A stretch of DNA of 64,000 bases from an uncultured Actinomycetes bacterium. GTDB lineage: Bacteria; Actinomycetota; Thermoleophilia; Gaiellales; JAICJC01. Each line of letters begins with the position of its first letter. The stretch's first letter is position 1. Shown one piece after another: positions 16,695-25,746 of the stretch. The stretch covers positions 525,634 to 589,633 of the forward strand of contig CAVXEE010000003.1 in assembly GCA_963760755.1 (NCBI GenBank), in the 5' to 3' direction. The notes beneath the pieces were generated by a model. It saw nothing but the letters and a program-made list of their open reading frames with translations. It was not told the origin of the DNA and searched no databases. A program made the position numbers and the translations under genes.

Positions 16695-17710
16695 GTCGCC
16701 GCCCCGGTCATCTCGGCCCTCGGCCCGTCGGCGGTGTGCGCCCCGTTCGGCGAGCGCCGGGCGGCGACCAGATCGCGCAGCGACGGAAGGATCCCGCGCG
16801 GCAGGAGCAGCATGACGACCAGGAAGATGGCCGCGTACGCGACCAGGTAGAGCTCGCTCGCGCCCTGGCTGAACGCCAGGTACTGCTGCGCGGGGACGAG
16901 GATGAGCGCGCCCAGCGTCGGCCCCCAGATCGTGCCGCGACCGCCGAGGAAGGCCATCAGCACGACCCCGATCGTGACGAGCGGGTCGACGGCGAACTGC
17001 GGGTAGATGAAGCCGATGTAGTACGCCCAGATGCCGCCGGCCATCGCCGTCAAGCCCGCGCTGAGCGCGAAGGCGACGAGCTTCGCGTAGGTCACCTGCA
17101 CGCCGAGGCCGCGCGAGCGGTCCTCGTCGTCGCGGATCGTGAAGAGCATCAGGCCGAGCTTGCCCGTTGCGACGTACCACGAGATCAGGACGGCAAGCAC
17201 GTACACGGCCACCATCGCGAGGTAGAACGGCCGCTCGAAGGTCGAGTTGGGGAAGGGCGGCAGCGGCATCACGAGGCCCTGGGCGCCGTTGGTGAGCGAG
17301 TGCAGGTTGAAGGCGAGCTGCTGGACGATGAAGAGCATCGAGATCGTGACGATGGCGAACGTCGCGGCCCGCGTGCGCACCGCCACCCACGCGAACGGCA
17401 GGGCGACGACGGCGACCCCGAACCCGACCGCCGGCAGCACGGCGAACGGGCGGTACCCACCGCCGATGCCGATGTGCTGGAACACGATCGCCTCGCCGTA
17501 GGCGCCCATCCCGAAGAAGGCCGCATTCCCGAGGGACAGGTAGCCCGAGAAGCCACCGAGGATGTTCCAGGCCGTCGCGAGCGCCGCGTACATCACCGTG
17601 AAGATGGCGATGTTCACGACCCACGGCTCGGTGAACAGGAACGGGAACGCCAGGAAGACGGCGGTGAAGCCGATGCCGCGGGCCAATCCGAGCCGGGTCA
17701 GCGGTCTCAC
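16691..17710 (-). CDS. livM: branched-chain amino acid-type ABC transporter permease
   Basis: Track ORF is 16691..17866. Hydrophobic LivM-like sequence starts at VRPLTRLGLARGIGFTAVFLAF (GTG 17710). Codons 17711-17866 have low third-position GC and a junk-like sequence, so the start is uncertain. Confidence 0.75.
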   Translation of the reverse strand: MRPLTRLGLARGIGFTAVFLAFPFLFTEPWVVNIAIFTVMYAALATAWNILGGFSGYLSLGNAAFFGMGAYGEAIVFQHIGIGGGYRPFAVLPAVGFGVAVVALPFAWVAVRTRAATFAIVTISMLFIVQQLAFNLHSLTNGAQGLVMPLPPFPNSTFERPFYLAMVAVYVLAVLISWYVATGKLGLMLFTIRDDEDRSRGLGVQVTYAKLVAFALSAGLTAMAGGIWAYYIGFIYPQFAVDPLVTIGVVLMAFLGGRGTIWGPTLGALILVPAQQYLAFSQGASELYLVAYAAIFLVVMLLLPRGILPSLRDLVAARRSPNGAHTADGPRAEMTGAAT

Positions 17711-17891
17711 AAGAGCACGTCCGCCCGTGGGATTCGTCGTGAGGCGCAGGGTGCGGTGGCTGCGGGAAGGATCGAAAGGCGAGCGGAGCGCAGACGTGGC
17801 CGGAGGCCACGATGAGCACCGCACGCCGCGTGGGACGCACCCGCAGACGGCGCGAACCAGCCGCAACAGAAGCCGACGGGCGGATGGGCTC

Positions 17892-18770
17892 TCACAGCCG
17901 GCCTCTCTCGCTCGTGCCGAAGAGCCCCTGCGGTCGCACGACGAGCACCGCGATCAGGATGACGAAGAACACCATCGACGACCACGTGGGCGAGATCGTC
18001 GCCGCCAGCACCGACTCGGACACGCCCATCACGAGCGCCGCCACGACCGCGCCGGTGAGGCTGCCCAGGCCGCCGAGCACGATGATCGTGAGCAGCCGCG
18101 AGATCAGGTCGTAGTGGCTGCCCGGGTTGAACGGCTCCACCATCCCGAACACCGCGCCCGCGGCCGTCGCCGTGGCGACGCTGATGCCGAAGCCGTAGGC
18201 CGACACGCGCTCGGCGTCGACGCCGAGGAGGCGGGCCGAGGTCGGGTTCTGCACCGTCGCCCTGATCGCCCGGCCGAGCCGCGTGCGGTGCAGGACGAGG
18301 TAGAGGGCCGCCAGGACCACGCCCGACACCCCGAACGCGGCCAGCCGCACGACCGCGATCCGGTAGGCGCCGATCGTCAGCGTGTCGTTCACGTAGCTCG
18401 GCAGGGTCGCCCGGTATGTGGTCGTGTAGATGACGCTGAGGATGCCCTCGAACGCGAGCGCGATCGCCCACGTGACGAGCAGCGACAGCTCCTCGCGCTC
18501 GTCTGAGCGCAGCGGCCGGAGGAAGACGTACTGGAGCACGACCCCGACCGCGAAGGCGGCCGGGGTCATGAGCAGGATCGAGACGAACGGGTCGATGTGG
18601 AAGTCGGTGAAGAGCGTGTAGCTGACGTACGCCCCGGCGACGATCATCGCCCCTTGGGCGACGTTGATCACCCGCATGACCCCGAAGGCCAGGGTCAGGC
18701 CGCTCGCCATCAGGGCATAGACGCCGCCGGTGAGCAGGCCGAGGATGACCGCCTGAATGACGAGGTGCAA
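17892..18770 (-). CDS. livH: branched-chain amino acid-type ABC transporter permease
   Basis: 292 aa. MHLVIQAVILGLLTGGVYALMASGLTLAFGVMRVINVAQG is a typical LivH N-terminus. Confidence 0.85.
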   Translation of the reverse strand: MHLVIQAVILGLLTGGVYALMASGLTLAFGVMRVINVAQGAMIVAGAYVSYTLFTDFHIDPFVSILLMTPAAFAVGVVLQYVFLRPLRSDEREELSLLVTWAIALAFEGILSVIYTTTYRATLPSYVNDTLTIGAYRIAVVRLAAFGVSGVVLAALYLVLHRTRLGRAIRATVQNPTSARLLGVDAERVSAYGFGISVATATAAGAVFGMVEPFNPGSHYDLISRLLTIIVLGGLGSLTGAVVAALVMGVSESVLAATISPTWSSMVFFVILIAVLVVRPQGLFGTSERGRL

Positions 18771-18795
18771 CCGACTTGCCTCGAGCTATGGGTGC

Positions 18796-20061
18796 CTAGC
18801 CGCCCCACGGCGGCTTGGGGATGACCGGGGCCGCCAGCGCCTGGGCGGGCGGGTACACCGGCAGGAGCTTGCCGCCGATCCACTCGGTCAGGATCGCACT
18901 GCCGGACGGCGCGCCGTACTTGTCCCAGCTGAGGTTGCCCTCGACCGTCGGCCACGATCCGGAGTGAAGCGACTTGATGATGGTGGCATTGTCGATCTTG
19001 CCGGTCTTCTTCGCCACCTCGGCCACGACCTCGCCGACGGCGTACGCCTCGGCCGAGCCGGAGTCGATGTTGGCCGGCGTGCCGCCGTACTTGGCGTTGT
19101 AGGCCTTGATGAACGCCTGGTTGCCGGGCGCCTTCGAGTTCGGGAACCAGTCGCCGCAGCTGAAGATGCCGTTGACGTTCTTGGCACCGACCTTGCTGGG
19201 GAACTCCACCGGCGAGTTGGCGCCGTTGGCCTGGAACAGGAACTTCGGGCTGAACCCGAGCTGTACCATCGCGTTCACCATCGAGTAGGCGTCGTCGGAC
19301 TGCGTACCTGCGAACACCATGTCCGGCTTGGCGGCGGCCATCTTCTCGACCACCGGCGTCAGGTCGGACATCTCGGGCGGGTAGACCTCCTTGAACACGG
19401 TCTTGATCCCCGCCGCCTCGAACTGGAGGCGCGCGCGCTCGGCGATCGGCGCCGAGAACGGGTCGTCGAGCTCGGGATATGCGGCCGTCTTCGGCCGCTG
19501 GCTCGCGGGCAGCGAGAGGATGTACTTGACGAACGGGTCGCCGCAGTTCACGACGGGCGCCGGCTGGACGAAGAACACGTTTCCGAGCTTCTCCTGGAAC
19601 ACCAGCGGGCCGCCGCCCGAGGGCTCGGGGAAGGCATAGTTGTACCGCGAAGCGACGCGTGCCGCCGGGGCCGTGAGAAGCGTCGAGAACGGCCCGAAGA
19701 CGAGGTCGACCTTGTCGCGCGTGATCAGGGTCTGGTAGTTCGTGACCACCTGGTTGGGGCTCGATGCGTCGTCGACGATCTTCAGCTGCACCTTGCGCCC
19801 GAGGATGCCCCCGTGGGCGTTCACCTGGTCGGCCCAGAGCTTGTACCCGAGCTCCGCCGCGTGGCCCGGATCCGAGAAGTCGCCGGAGAACGACAGCGAG
19901 ATGCCGATCACGAGCGGCTTCGTCGTGCCCGCGCTCGAGCCGCCCCCCGATCCCCCGCCGCACGCCGCAGTTGCCACGATGGCCAGTGCGGCCAGCGCCA
20001 GTGAGACCTTGTGTGATGCGACCCTCACGACGACTCCTCTCCCGTCGGGGAGGCGACGCAC
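18796..20061 (-). CDS. ABC transporter substrate-binding lipoprotein (LivK/Leu-Ile-Val-binding family fold)
   Basis: 421 aa. Lipobox LAIVATAAC-GGG, then PLVIGISLSFSG, GGILGRKVQL and DLVFGPFST. A start at a downstream GTG (near 20025) is possible. Confidence 0.8.
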   Translation of the reverse strand: MRRLPDGRGVVVRVASHKVSLALAALAIVATAACGGGSGGGSSAGTTKPLVIGISLSFSGDFSDPGHAAELGYKLWADQVNAHGGILGRKVQLKIVDDASSPNQVVTNYQTLITRDKVDLVFGPFSTLLTAPAARVASRYNYAFPEPSGGGPLVFQEKLGNVFFVQPAPVVNCGDPFVKYILSLPASQRPKTAAYPELDDPFSAPIAERARLQFEAAGIKTVFKEVYPPEMSDLTPVVEKMAAAKPDMVFAGTQSDDAYSMVNAMVQLGFSPKFLFQANGANSPVEFPSKVGAKNVNGIFSCGDWFPNSKAPGNQAFIKAYNAKYGGTPANIDSGSAEAYAVGEVVAEVAKKTGKIDNATIIKSLHSGSWPTVEGNLSWDKYGAPSGSAILTEWIGGKLLPVYPPAQALAAPVIPKPPWGG

Positions 20062-20090
20062 CGGGTGGTGACGCCGCCTGCAACACGTCT

Positions 20091-20104
20091 TGCAATCGGT
20101 TGCA
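20091..20104. promoter_or_regulatory. LacI-type operator O1 TGCAATCGGTTGCA
   Basis: 6 of 7 symmetric pairs. It starts 2 nt downstream of a TTGACA(20135..20130)-17-TAGGGT(20112..20107) promoter that reads into the liv-type operon. Confidence 0.6.
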
Positions 20105-20149
20105 TAACCCTAGTTCCTTGGCCCGTGCATGTCAACGGCATCCGCATGT

Positions 20150-21112
20150 CTACGCCCGCACGCCGCTTGCGGGGGTGCCGAGACCGTCTGCGACAGGGTC
20201 GGCGTCATCCGCCATCTCGAACCCGGACCGGCCCGCCTCGACCTCGAGCAGCGAGGCGAAGTCGACGCCCGTGTGGCCGGCGTCGATCGCCTCCTGCACC
20301 AGCCCGCGCACGAGCTGCATCGTCGGCAGAGGGACGCCCATCTCGGCGCCGGCGTCGAGGCCGAGGTCGAAGTCCTTGCGCAGGAGCTCGAGGGTGAACG
20401 TGGGCGTGTAGGTGCGGTTGACATAGGCGGGCGTCTTGTAGCGCGTGAAGGTGGAGCCCATCACGCTCGCGTTGAGGAACTCAAAGAACTCCCGCCGCGG
20501 CACTCCGCCCCGCTCCGCCAGCACCGCGATCTCGGCCAGCGACTCGGCGACGACGCCGAGGAACAGGTTGTGGCAGATCTTCACCAGCCGGGCGGCATCG
20601 CCCTCGCCGACGTAGGTCACGCCCTCGCCGAAGTGCTCCAGGTACGGCAGGGCGGCCTCGTAGGCGCCCCGCGGCCCGGACGCCACCACGGTCAGGCGGC
20701 CGGCCGCGACGACCTTCGGGTTGCCGCTCACCGGCGCTGCCAAAAGCGCCGTCCCGCGCGTGCTGGCGACGGCGCGCACGGCCGCCGACGCATCCGCCGA
20801 CACCGTCGAGGAGTCGACCAGCACGGCCGGCGCCGCGTCGGCCCGCGTGAGCACGCCGCCAGGCCCCGTCGTGACCGCCTCGAAGTCGTCCGAGCCGGCC
20901 ACCATCGTGAAGACGATGTCGCGGTCGGCGAGATCGGCCGGCGTGTCGACGATCGTGGCGCCGAGCCCGGCCAGGGGCTCCGCCTTCTCGCGGGTGCGGT
21001 TCCACACCGCCACGTCGCAGCCCGCGGCCAGCAGCCGCTCGGCCAGCCGGTACCCCATCCTGCCGGCGCCGATCCAGCCGACCGCCCCGGTTGCCGCCCT
21101 TCCGTCGTTCAC
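20150..21112 (-). CDS. beta-hydroxyacid dehydrogenase family oxidoreductase (3-hydroxyisobutyrate / 6-phosphogluconate dehydrogenase-like)
   Basis: Rossmann motif VGWIGAGRMGYRLAERLLAAG and the downstream PVSGNP. Start set at GTG 21112, preceded by GGGGAGGGGAG. The track ATG 21196 adds 28 unlikely codons. Confidence 0.75.
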   Translation of the reverse strand: MNDGRAATGAVGWIGAGRMGYRLAERLLAAGCDVAVWNRTREKAEPLAGLGATIVDTPADLADRDIVFTMVAGSDDFEAVTTGPGGVLTRADAAPAVLVDSSTVSADASAAVRAVASTRGTALLAAPVSGNPKVVAAGRLTVVASGPRGAYEAALPYLEHFGEGVTYVGEGDAARLVKICHNLFLGVVAESLAEIAVLAERGGVPRREFFEFLNASVMGSTFTRYKTPAYVNRTYTPTFTLELLRKDFDLGLDAGAEMGVPLPTMQLVRGLVQEAIDAGHTGVDFASLLEVEAGRSGFEMADDADPVADGLGTPASGVRA

Positions 21113-21150
21113 GTCCTCGATCTCCCCTCCCCGGACGCGGCCGGTGTCGC

Positions 21151-21164
21151 AGCAATCGATTGCA
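21151..21164. promoter_or_regulatory. LacI-type operator O2 AGCAATCGATTGCA (12-bp perfect core)
   Basis: Lies in the divergent region between the dehydrogenase (start 21112, minus) and the lacI-family gene (21229, plus). Confidence 0.6.
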
Positions 21165-21228
21165 ACTACTATATCGATGGCGCTCGCGGGCGTCAAACAC
21201 CCTGTTCCCGGCGAAAGTAGAGTGAGGC

Positions 21229-22326
21229 ATGTCGCAAAGGCCGGTCACGATGCGCGACGTCGCCCGTACGGCCGGGGTGCACCCCGGCACGGTCTCGCGC
21301 GTGCTCAACCCGCGCACACGCGCCCTCGTGAACCCGGCCACCGCCGACCGCGTCGAGCGCGTCGCCCGCGAGATGGGCTACTCGCTGAACCCGATCGCAC
21401 GCGGCCTGAAGACGCGGCGCACGTTCAGCGTCGGCGTCCTCATCCCCGATCTGACGAACCCGCTCTTCCCGCCGATCATCCGCGGCATCGAGCGCGTGCT
21501 CGACGCCGCCGGCTACACGGCGCTCGTCGCCTCGACCGACGGCGAGCCCGCCCGCGAGCGCCAGCGGCTCGAGGCGCTGATTGCGCGCCAGGTGGACGGC
21601 TTCGTGATCGCGACCGCCGTGCGCCACCACCCCGTGGTGGCCGAGGCGATCGCGTCCGACCTGGCCGTGGTGCTCGTGAACCGCACGATCGAGGGCGAGG
21701 GCGTCTTCGCGGTCGTCCCCGACGACCGCCGCGGCTCGGCGCTCGCGGTCGACCACCTGGCGACGCTCGGCCATGCCCGTATCGCGCACATCGCCGGCCC
21801 GCAGGCGACCACGACCGGCCTCCTGCGGTACCGCGGCTTCGTCGAGGCGATGGAGGACGCTGGCCTGCCGGTCGACCGCACCCTGATCGCGCAGGGGGAG
21901 GCGTTCACGATCGCCGCCGGCACGACGGCCGCGCGCGACCTCCTGGCCGCGGCCGACCCGCCGACCGGGATCGTGGCGGCAAACGACCTGCTCGCGCTCG
22001 GCGCCTACACCGCGCTGCACGAGGCCGGTCTGCGCTGTCCGCACGACGTCTCGGTGGTCGGCTTCAACGACATGCCCTTCGCCGATCGCTTCGCCCCGCC
22101 GCTCACGACCATCCACATCCCCCACGGCCAGATCGGCGCCCGCGCCGCCGAGCTCCTGCTCGAGCGGATCGAGGACCCGGCCGCGACCCCGCAGACGCTC
22201 GTGTTCGAGCCGACCGTCAGGGTGCGGGGGTCGACGGCGGCGCCGCCGCGGGCCCGGCGTCCGCGCCCGGGCGGTTCAGGTGCGACTGCGTCTCGCGGAT
22301 CCCCGGAAGCTGGCCCGACACGGTGA
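21229..22326 (+). CDS. LacI/GalR family transcriptional regulator
   Basis: 365 aa. N-terminal HTH VTMRDVARTAGVHPGTVSRVLN followed by a periplasmic-binding-fold sugar-binding-like domain. Confidence 0.9.
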   Translation: MSQRPVTMRDVARTAGVHPGTVSRVLNPRTRALVNPATADRVERVAREMGYSLNPIARGLKTRRTFSVGVLIPDLTNPLFPPIIRGIERVLDAAGYTALVASTDGEPARERQRLEALIARQVDGFVIATAVRHHPVVAEAIASDLAVVLVNRTIEGEGVFAVVPDDRRGSALAVDHLATLGHARIAHIAGPQATTTGLLRYRGFVEAMEDAGLPVDRTLIAQGEAFTIAAGTTAARDLLAAADPPTGIVAANDLLALGAYTALHEAGLRCPHDVSVVGFNDMPFADRFAPPLTTIHIPHGQIGARAAELLLERIEDPAATPQTLVFEPTVRVRGSTAAPPRARRPRPGGSGATASRGSPEAGPTR

Positions 22327-23557
22327 AGTAGTTGCTGCGGCCGGCCACGAGCAGATCCTCGGCCGGGAAGCGCGTGATCACCTCGCAGCCGGTGTCGGTG
22401 ACCACGAGCTGCTCCTCGATCCGGGCGGCGCCGAAGCCGTCGGACGTGGGCCAGAACGTCTCGAGCGCGAACACCATCCCCTTCTCGATCACCTCGGGGT
22501 GGTCGAGCGACACGAGCCGGCTGATGATCGGCTTCTCCCAGATCGAGAGACCCACGCCGTGCCCGAACTGGAGCGCGAAGGCGGCCTCCTCGTTCGGGAA
22601 GCCGAACTCCTGCGCGCGCGGCCACACGCTCGCCACCTCGCCGGTGGTGACGCCCGGCTTGACCAGGGCGATCGCACGGTCGAGCAGGTCGCGGCAGCGG
22701 CGGTAGGCGTCGACCTGCGCGCGCGAGGCGCTGCCGATCGCAAACGTGCGGTAGTAGCAGGTGCGGTAGCCGAGGTGGCTGTGCAGGATGTCGAAGTAGG
22801 CCGGGTCGCCGGGCCGCAGAACACGGTCGGAGTAGACGTGCGGGTGCGGGTTCGCGCGCTCGCCCGAGATGGCGTTCACGCCCTCGACGTGCTCGGAGCC
22901 GAGGTCGTAGAGCACCTTGCTGACGAGGCCGACGCACTCGTTCTCGCGCATGCCCGGCCGCATGCTGCGGTAGAGCTCGTCGTAGGCGGCGTCGACCATC
23001 ATGCACGCCGTGTCGAGCAGGGTGATCTCGTCGGCCGTCTTGATCACCCGCGCGGACTGCATCAGCTGCTGGCCGTCGACGACCTGCAGGCCGCGGGCCT
23101 GGAGGGCGAAGAGCACGGCCGGCTCGACCACGTCGACGCCGACGGGCTCTGCCTGCAGCCCGCGCTCCTCGAGCGCACGCCAGATCTTCTCGGCCACGTC
23201 CTCCGCGCGTCCGCTCTCGGGCGACATCGCCCCGCGCATCGTCGAGATGCCGGCGGGCGTGCGCCCCTCGAGCCACGGGCAATAGAGCTCGTGGTGGCGG
23301 GCGGCCGACCCGAAGTCCCACACGATCGGCTCGGCGCCGCGGGCAAGCAGCGAGAAGCGGGCCAGCTTGTCCATCGCCCAGGTGCCGATGTGCGTGGCGG
23401 TGACGTAGCGGATGTTCACCATGTCGAAGCAGAGCAGTGAGCCCATCTCGGAGCGCTCGAGCAGGCCGCCGATCCGCTCGAGTCGCTGCCGCCGCAGCCG
23501 GTCGACGTCGACCCGCTGCTCCCAGTCGACCGCGTTCAGCCCGAACGTCTTGCCCAT
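22217..23557 (-). CDS. M24 (pita-bread fold) hydrolase, creatinase / Xaa-Pro dipeptidase / ectoine-hydrolase-like
   Basis: 446 aa. GDPAYFDILHSHLGYRTCYYRTF, FGHGVGLSIWE and VFALETF ... ARIEEQLVVT (metal ligands of M24). Confidence 0.75.
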   Translation of the reverse strand: MGKTFGLNAVDWEQRVDVDRLRRQRLERIGGLLERSEMGSLLCFDMVNIRYVTATHIGTWAMDKLARFSLLARGAEPIVWDFGSAARHHELYCPWLEGRTPAGISTMRGAMSPESGRAEDVAEKIWRALEERGLQAEPVGVDVVEPAVLFALQARGLQVVDGQQLMQSARVIKTADEITLLDTACMMVDAAYDELYRSMRPGMRENECVGLVSKVLYDLGSEHVEGVNAISGERANPHPHVYSDRVLRPGDPAYFDILHSHLGYRTCYYRTFAIGSASRAQVDAYRRCRDLLDRAIALVKPGVTTGEVASVWPRAQEFGFPNEEAAFALQFGHGVGLSIWEKPIISRLVSLDHPEVIEKGMVFALETFWPTSDGFGAARIEEQLVVTDTGCEVITRFPAEDLLVAGRSNYFTVSGQLPGIRETQSHLNRPGADAGPAAAPPSTPAP

Positions 23558-23573
23558 CGTGCCACCTCTCCAG

Positions 23574-24551
23574 TCAGGCCGGCTCGCCGACGCCGAGCCG
23601 CTCGCGCACGCTGCGGGCGATCGCGTCGGGGCCCGGCAGGTATGCGTCCTCGAGCGGGGGGCTGTAGGGAATGGGCGTGTCCGGTGTCGTCAGCGTCCAC
23701 ACGTCGTCGAGGTCGCCGAGCGCGCGCTCGGCCACGGCCCCCACGAGGCCGCTCGCCCAGCCGCCGAGCTCGGGCCCCTCCTCGACGGCGACCATCCGGC
23801 TCGTCTTGCGCACCGACGCGACGACCGTGTCGTGGTCGAGCGGGCGCAGGCTGCGCAGATCGATCACCTCGGCGTCGACGCCGGCGGCCGCGAGCGTCTC
23901 GGCGGCCGCGAGCGCGTCGTGCACGCCCCGCATCACCGAGACGATCGTGACGTCGGTTCCCGGCCGCACCACCCGCGCGGCGCCGATCGGCACGGGCGCG
24001 TCGCCCACATCGCCGGTCACCGGGTAGAGGCGCTTGTGCTCGAGCACGATCACCGGATTGTCGTCGCGGACCGCGGCCTCGATCAGGCCGCGGGCGTCGT
24101 CGGGGAACGCCGGGGCGACGATCTTCAGGCCGGAGACGCCCTGCAGCCACGTCGCCGGCGTCTGCGAGTGGATCGCGCCGAACCGGCCGCCGCCGCCGAC
24201 CGCGCAGCGCACGACGAGCGGCACGGGCGCCTGCTCGTTGGACATGTACCAGTACTTGGCGGACTGGTTGACGAGGCTGTCCATCGCCAGGGCCATGAAG
24301 TCGCCGAACATGATCTCGACCACCGGGCGCAGGCCGGTGACGGCGCTGCCGAAGGCCGCGCCGGCGAGCGCGAGCTCCGAGATCGGCGTGTCGAACACGC
24401 GCTCGTCGCCGAACTCCTCGGCCAGGCCGGGGGTGGCCTTGAAGACGCCGCCGGCGGCCGCGATGTCCTCTCCGAAGAGCACGACGCGCTCGTCGCGACG
24501 CATCTCGGCCGCCAGCGCGTCGCGCACGGCGGTGCGCATATCGGTGCTCAT
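23574..24551 (-). CDS. thiamine-diphosphate-dependent 2-oxoacid/acetoin dehydrogenase E1 component, beta subunit
   Basis: C-terminal 325 codons of track ORF 23574..25361. MSTDMRTAVRDALAAEM, VFDTPISELALAG and the transketolase-like pyrimidine and C-terminal domains. ATG 24551 overlaps the E1-alpha stop (ATGA). Confidence 0.85.
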   Translation of the reverse strand: MSTDMRTAVRDALAAEMRRDERVVLFGEDIAAAGGVFKATPGLAEEFGDERVFDTPISELALAGAAFGSAVTGLRPVVEIMFGDFMALAMDSLVNQSAKYWYMSNEQAPVPLVVRCAVGGGGRFGAIHSQTPATWLQGVSGLKIVAPAFPDDARGLIEAAVRDDNPVIVLEHKRLYPVTGDVGDAPVPIGAARVVRPGTDVTIVSVMRGVHDALAAAETLAAAGVDAEVIDLRSLRPLDHDTVVASVRKTSRMVAVEEGPELGGWASGLVGAVAERALGDLDDVWTLTTPDTPIPYSPPLEDAYLPGPDAIARSVRERLGVGEPA

Positions 24552-25534
24552 CCGGCGTACTCCGCGGCGGCGACGGCCGGATCGGGGTACGGGTCGCCGA
24601 CCGCGGCCGCGACACCCGCCTCGACCTCGGCGCGCACGGCGGCCTCGCAGGCCGTGATCTCCTCGAGCGCGACCCCGGCCTCGGAGAGCCGGGCGGCGGC
24701 AACGGTGAGCGGGTCGCGCACGAGCCACTCGTCCAGCTCGCCCTCGGGGCGGTAGACGCCCGGGTCGGTCTTGGAGTGGCCCAGGTGGCGGTAGGTGAGG
24801 CACTCGAGGAACGCGGGCCCGTCGCCGCGGCGGGCGTGGTCGACCGCCCGCTCGGCCACCGCGTGCACCAGCTCGACGTCGTTGCCGTCGACCTTCTCGG
24901 CCGGGATGTCGTAGGCGGCGGCGCGGGCGCGGATGTCGCCGCCGGCCGTGACCGCTGCCATCGGCGTGAACTCGCCGTAGAGGTTGTTCTCGCACACGAA
25001 CAGCACCGGCAGGCGGCGCACACGGGCGAAGTTCAGGCACTCGTGGAAGTAGCCGTGGTTGGTCGCGCCGTCGCCGAAGAAGGCGACCGCGACGCCGCCG
25101 GTGCGCTGCAGCGAGAGCCCGGCGCCGGTGGCGGCGGCGATGCTCCCGCCGACGATTCCGAAGCAGCCGATCAGGCCGTGGTCGAGGTCGATCACGTTCA
25201 TCGACCCGGCCCGGCCACCGCAGACACCGGTGCTGCGCCCCATCAGCTCGGCCGCGAGCGCGCGCGGCTCGGTGCCCATCGCGAGCGCCGCGCCATGGCC
25301 GCGGTAGGTCGCGGCCACGCGGTCGCCGGGCGCGAGCGCGGCACAGACGCCGACGGCGCACGCCTCCTGGCCCGTGTACAGGTGCACCGTGCCGTGCACC
25401 TCGCCGCGCAGGAACAGGCGCTGCATCTCGTCCTCGAACGCGCGGATGCGCACCATCTGCCCGTACAGGTCGAGCGGGCTGCCCCGCTCTGCGGCCGCCA
25501 CGGCGGGGCTCGCCCCACCCGAAGCTTCACTCAC
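24548..25534 (-). CDS. thiamine-diphosphate-dependent dehydrogenase E1 component, alpha subunit
   Basis: YRGHG and the TPP motif GDGATNHGYFHECLNFA ... ENNLYG. Start set at GTG 25534, preceded by GGAAGGAGA. The track ATG 25573 would lie inside the operator. Confidence 0.85.
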   Translation of the reverse strand: MSEASGGASPAVAAAERGSPLDLYGQMVRIRAFEDEMQRLFLRGEVHGTVHLYTGQEACAVGVCAALAPGDRVAATYRGHGAALAMGTEPRALAAELMGRSTGVCGGRAGSMNVIDLDHGLIGCFGIVGGSIAAATGAGLSLQRTGGVAVAFFGDGATNHGYFHECLNFARVRRLPVLFVCENNLYGEFTPMAAVTAGGDIRARAAAYDIPAEKVDGNDVELVHAVAERAVDHARRGDGPAFLECLTYRHLGHSKTDPGVYRPEGELDEWLVRDPLTVAAARLSEAGVALEEITACEAAVRAEVEAGVAAAVGDPYPDPAVAAAEYAG

Positions 25535-25568
25535 CCGGTCTCCTTCCGCGGTTGCGGCCTGACGTCCA

Positions 25569-25582
25569 TGCAAACGATTGCA
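25569..25582. promoter_or_regulatory. LacI-type operator O3 TGCAAACGATTGCA
   Basis: 6 of 7 symmetric pairs. It lies 35 nt upstream of the E1-alpha GTG (25534, minus), in the divergent region towards the lyase-like gene. Confidence 0.6.
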
Positions 25583-25746
25583 AAGCGCTCCCGGGTTGTC
25601 AAGCCGCCAACCGCAACGCGACTCCGGTTGCGGCCGGCGCGAGCACCGCGAAAGCGCGTGCGTGTGCGATCAAGAACTAGATTGCGGCCATCGCCGCGCC
25701 GCCGAACACGCTGCTCGTCTCCGGGCACACGCTGACACCGGCCGAC

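Noticed and set aside
15963-17840. 625-aa ORF that could be read as a LivM-LivG fusion
   Set aside because: Only the C-terminal 243 codons are ABC-ATPase sequence. The upstream part is an out-of-frame read-through of livM, which has its own proper frame (16691..17710). A GTGA junction marks the real livG start.
25548-25638. Repeated CGGTTGCGGCC motifs (25548, 25625, inverted at 25608) near operator O3 as a riboswitch or attenuator
   Set aside because: The possible stems are only 7 bp with a 10-nt loop and there is no recognisable conserved core. I kept only the LacI-type operator from this region.
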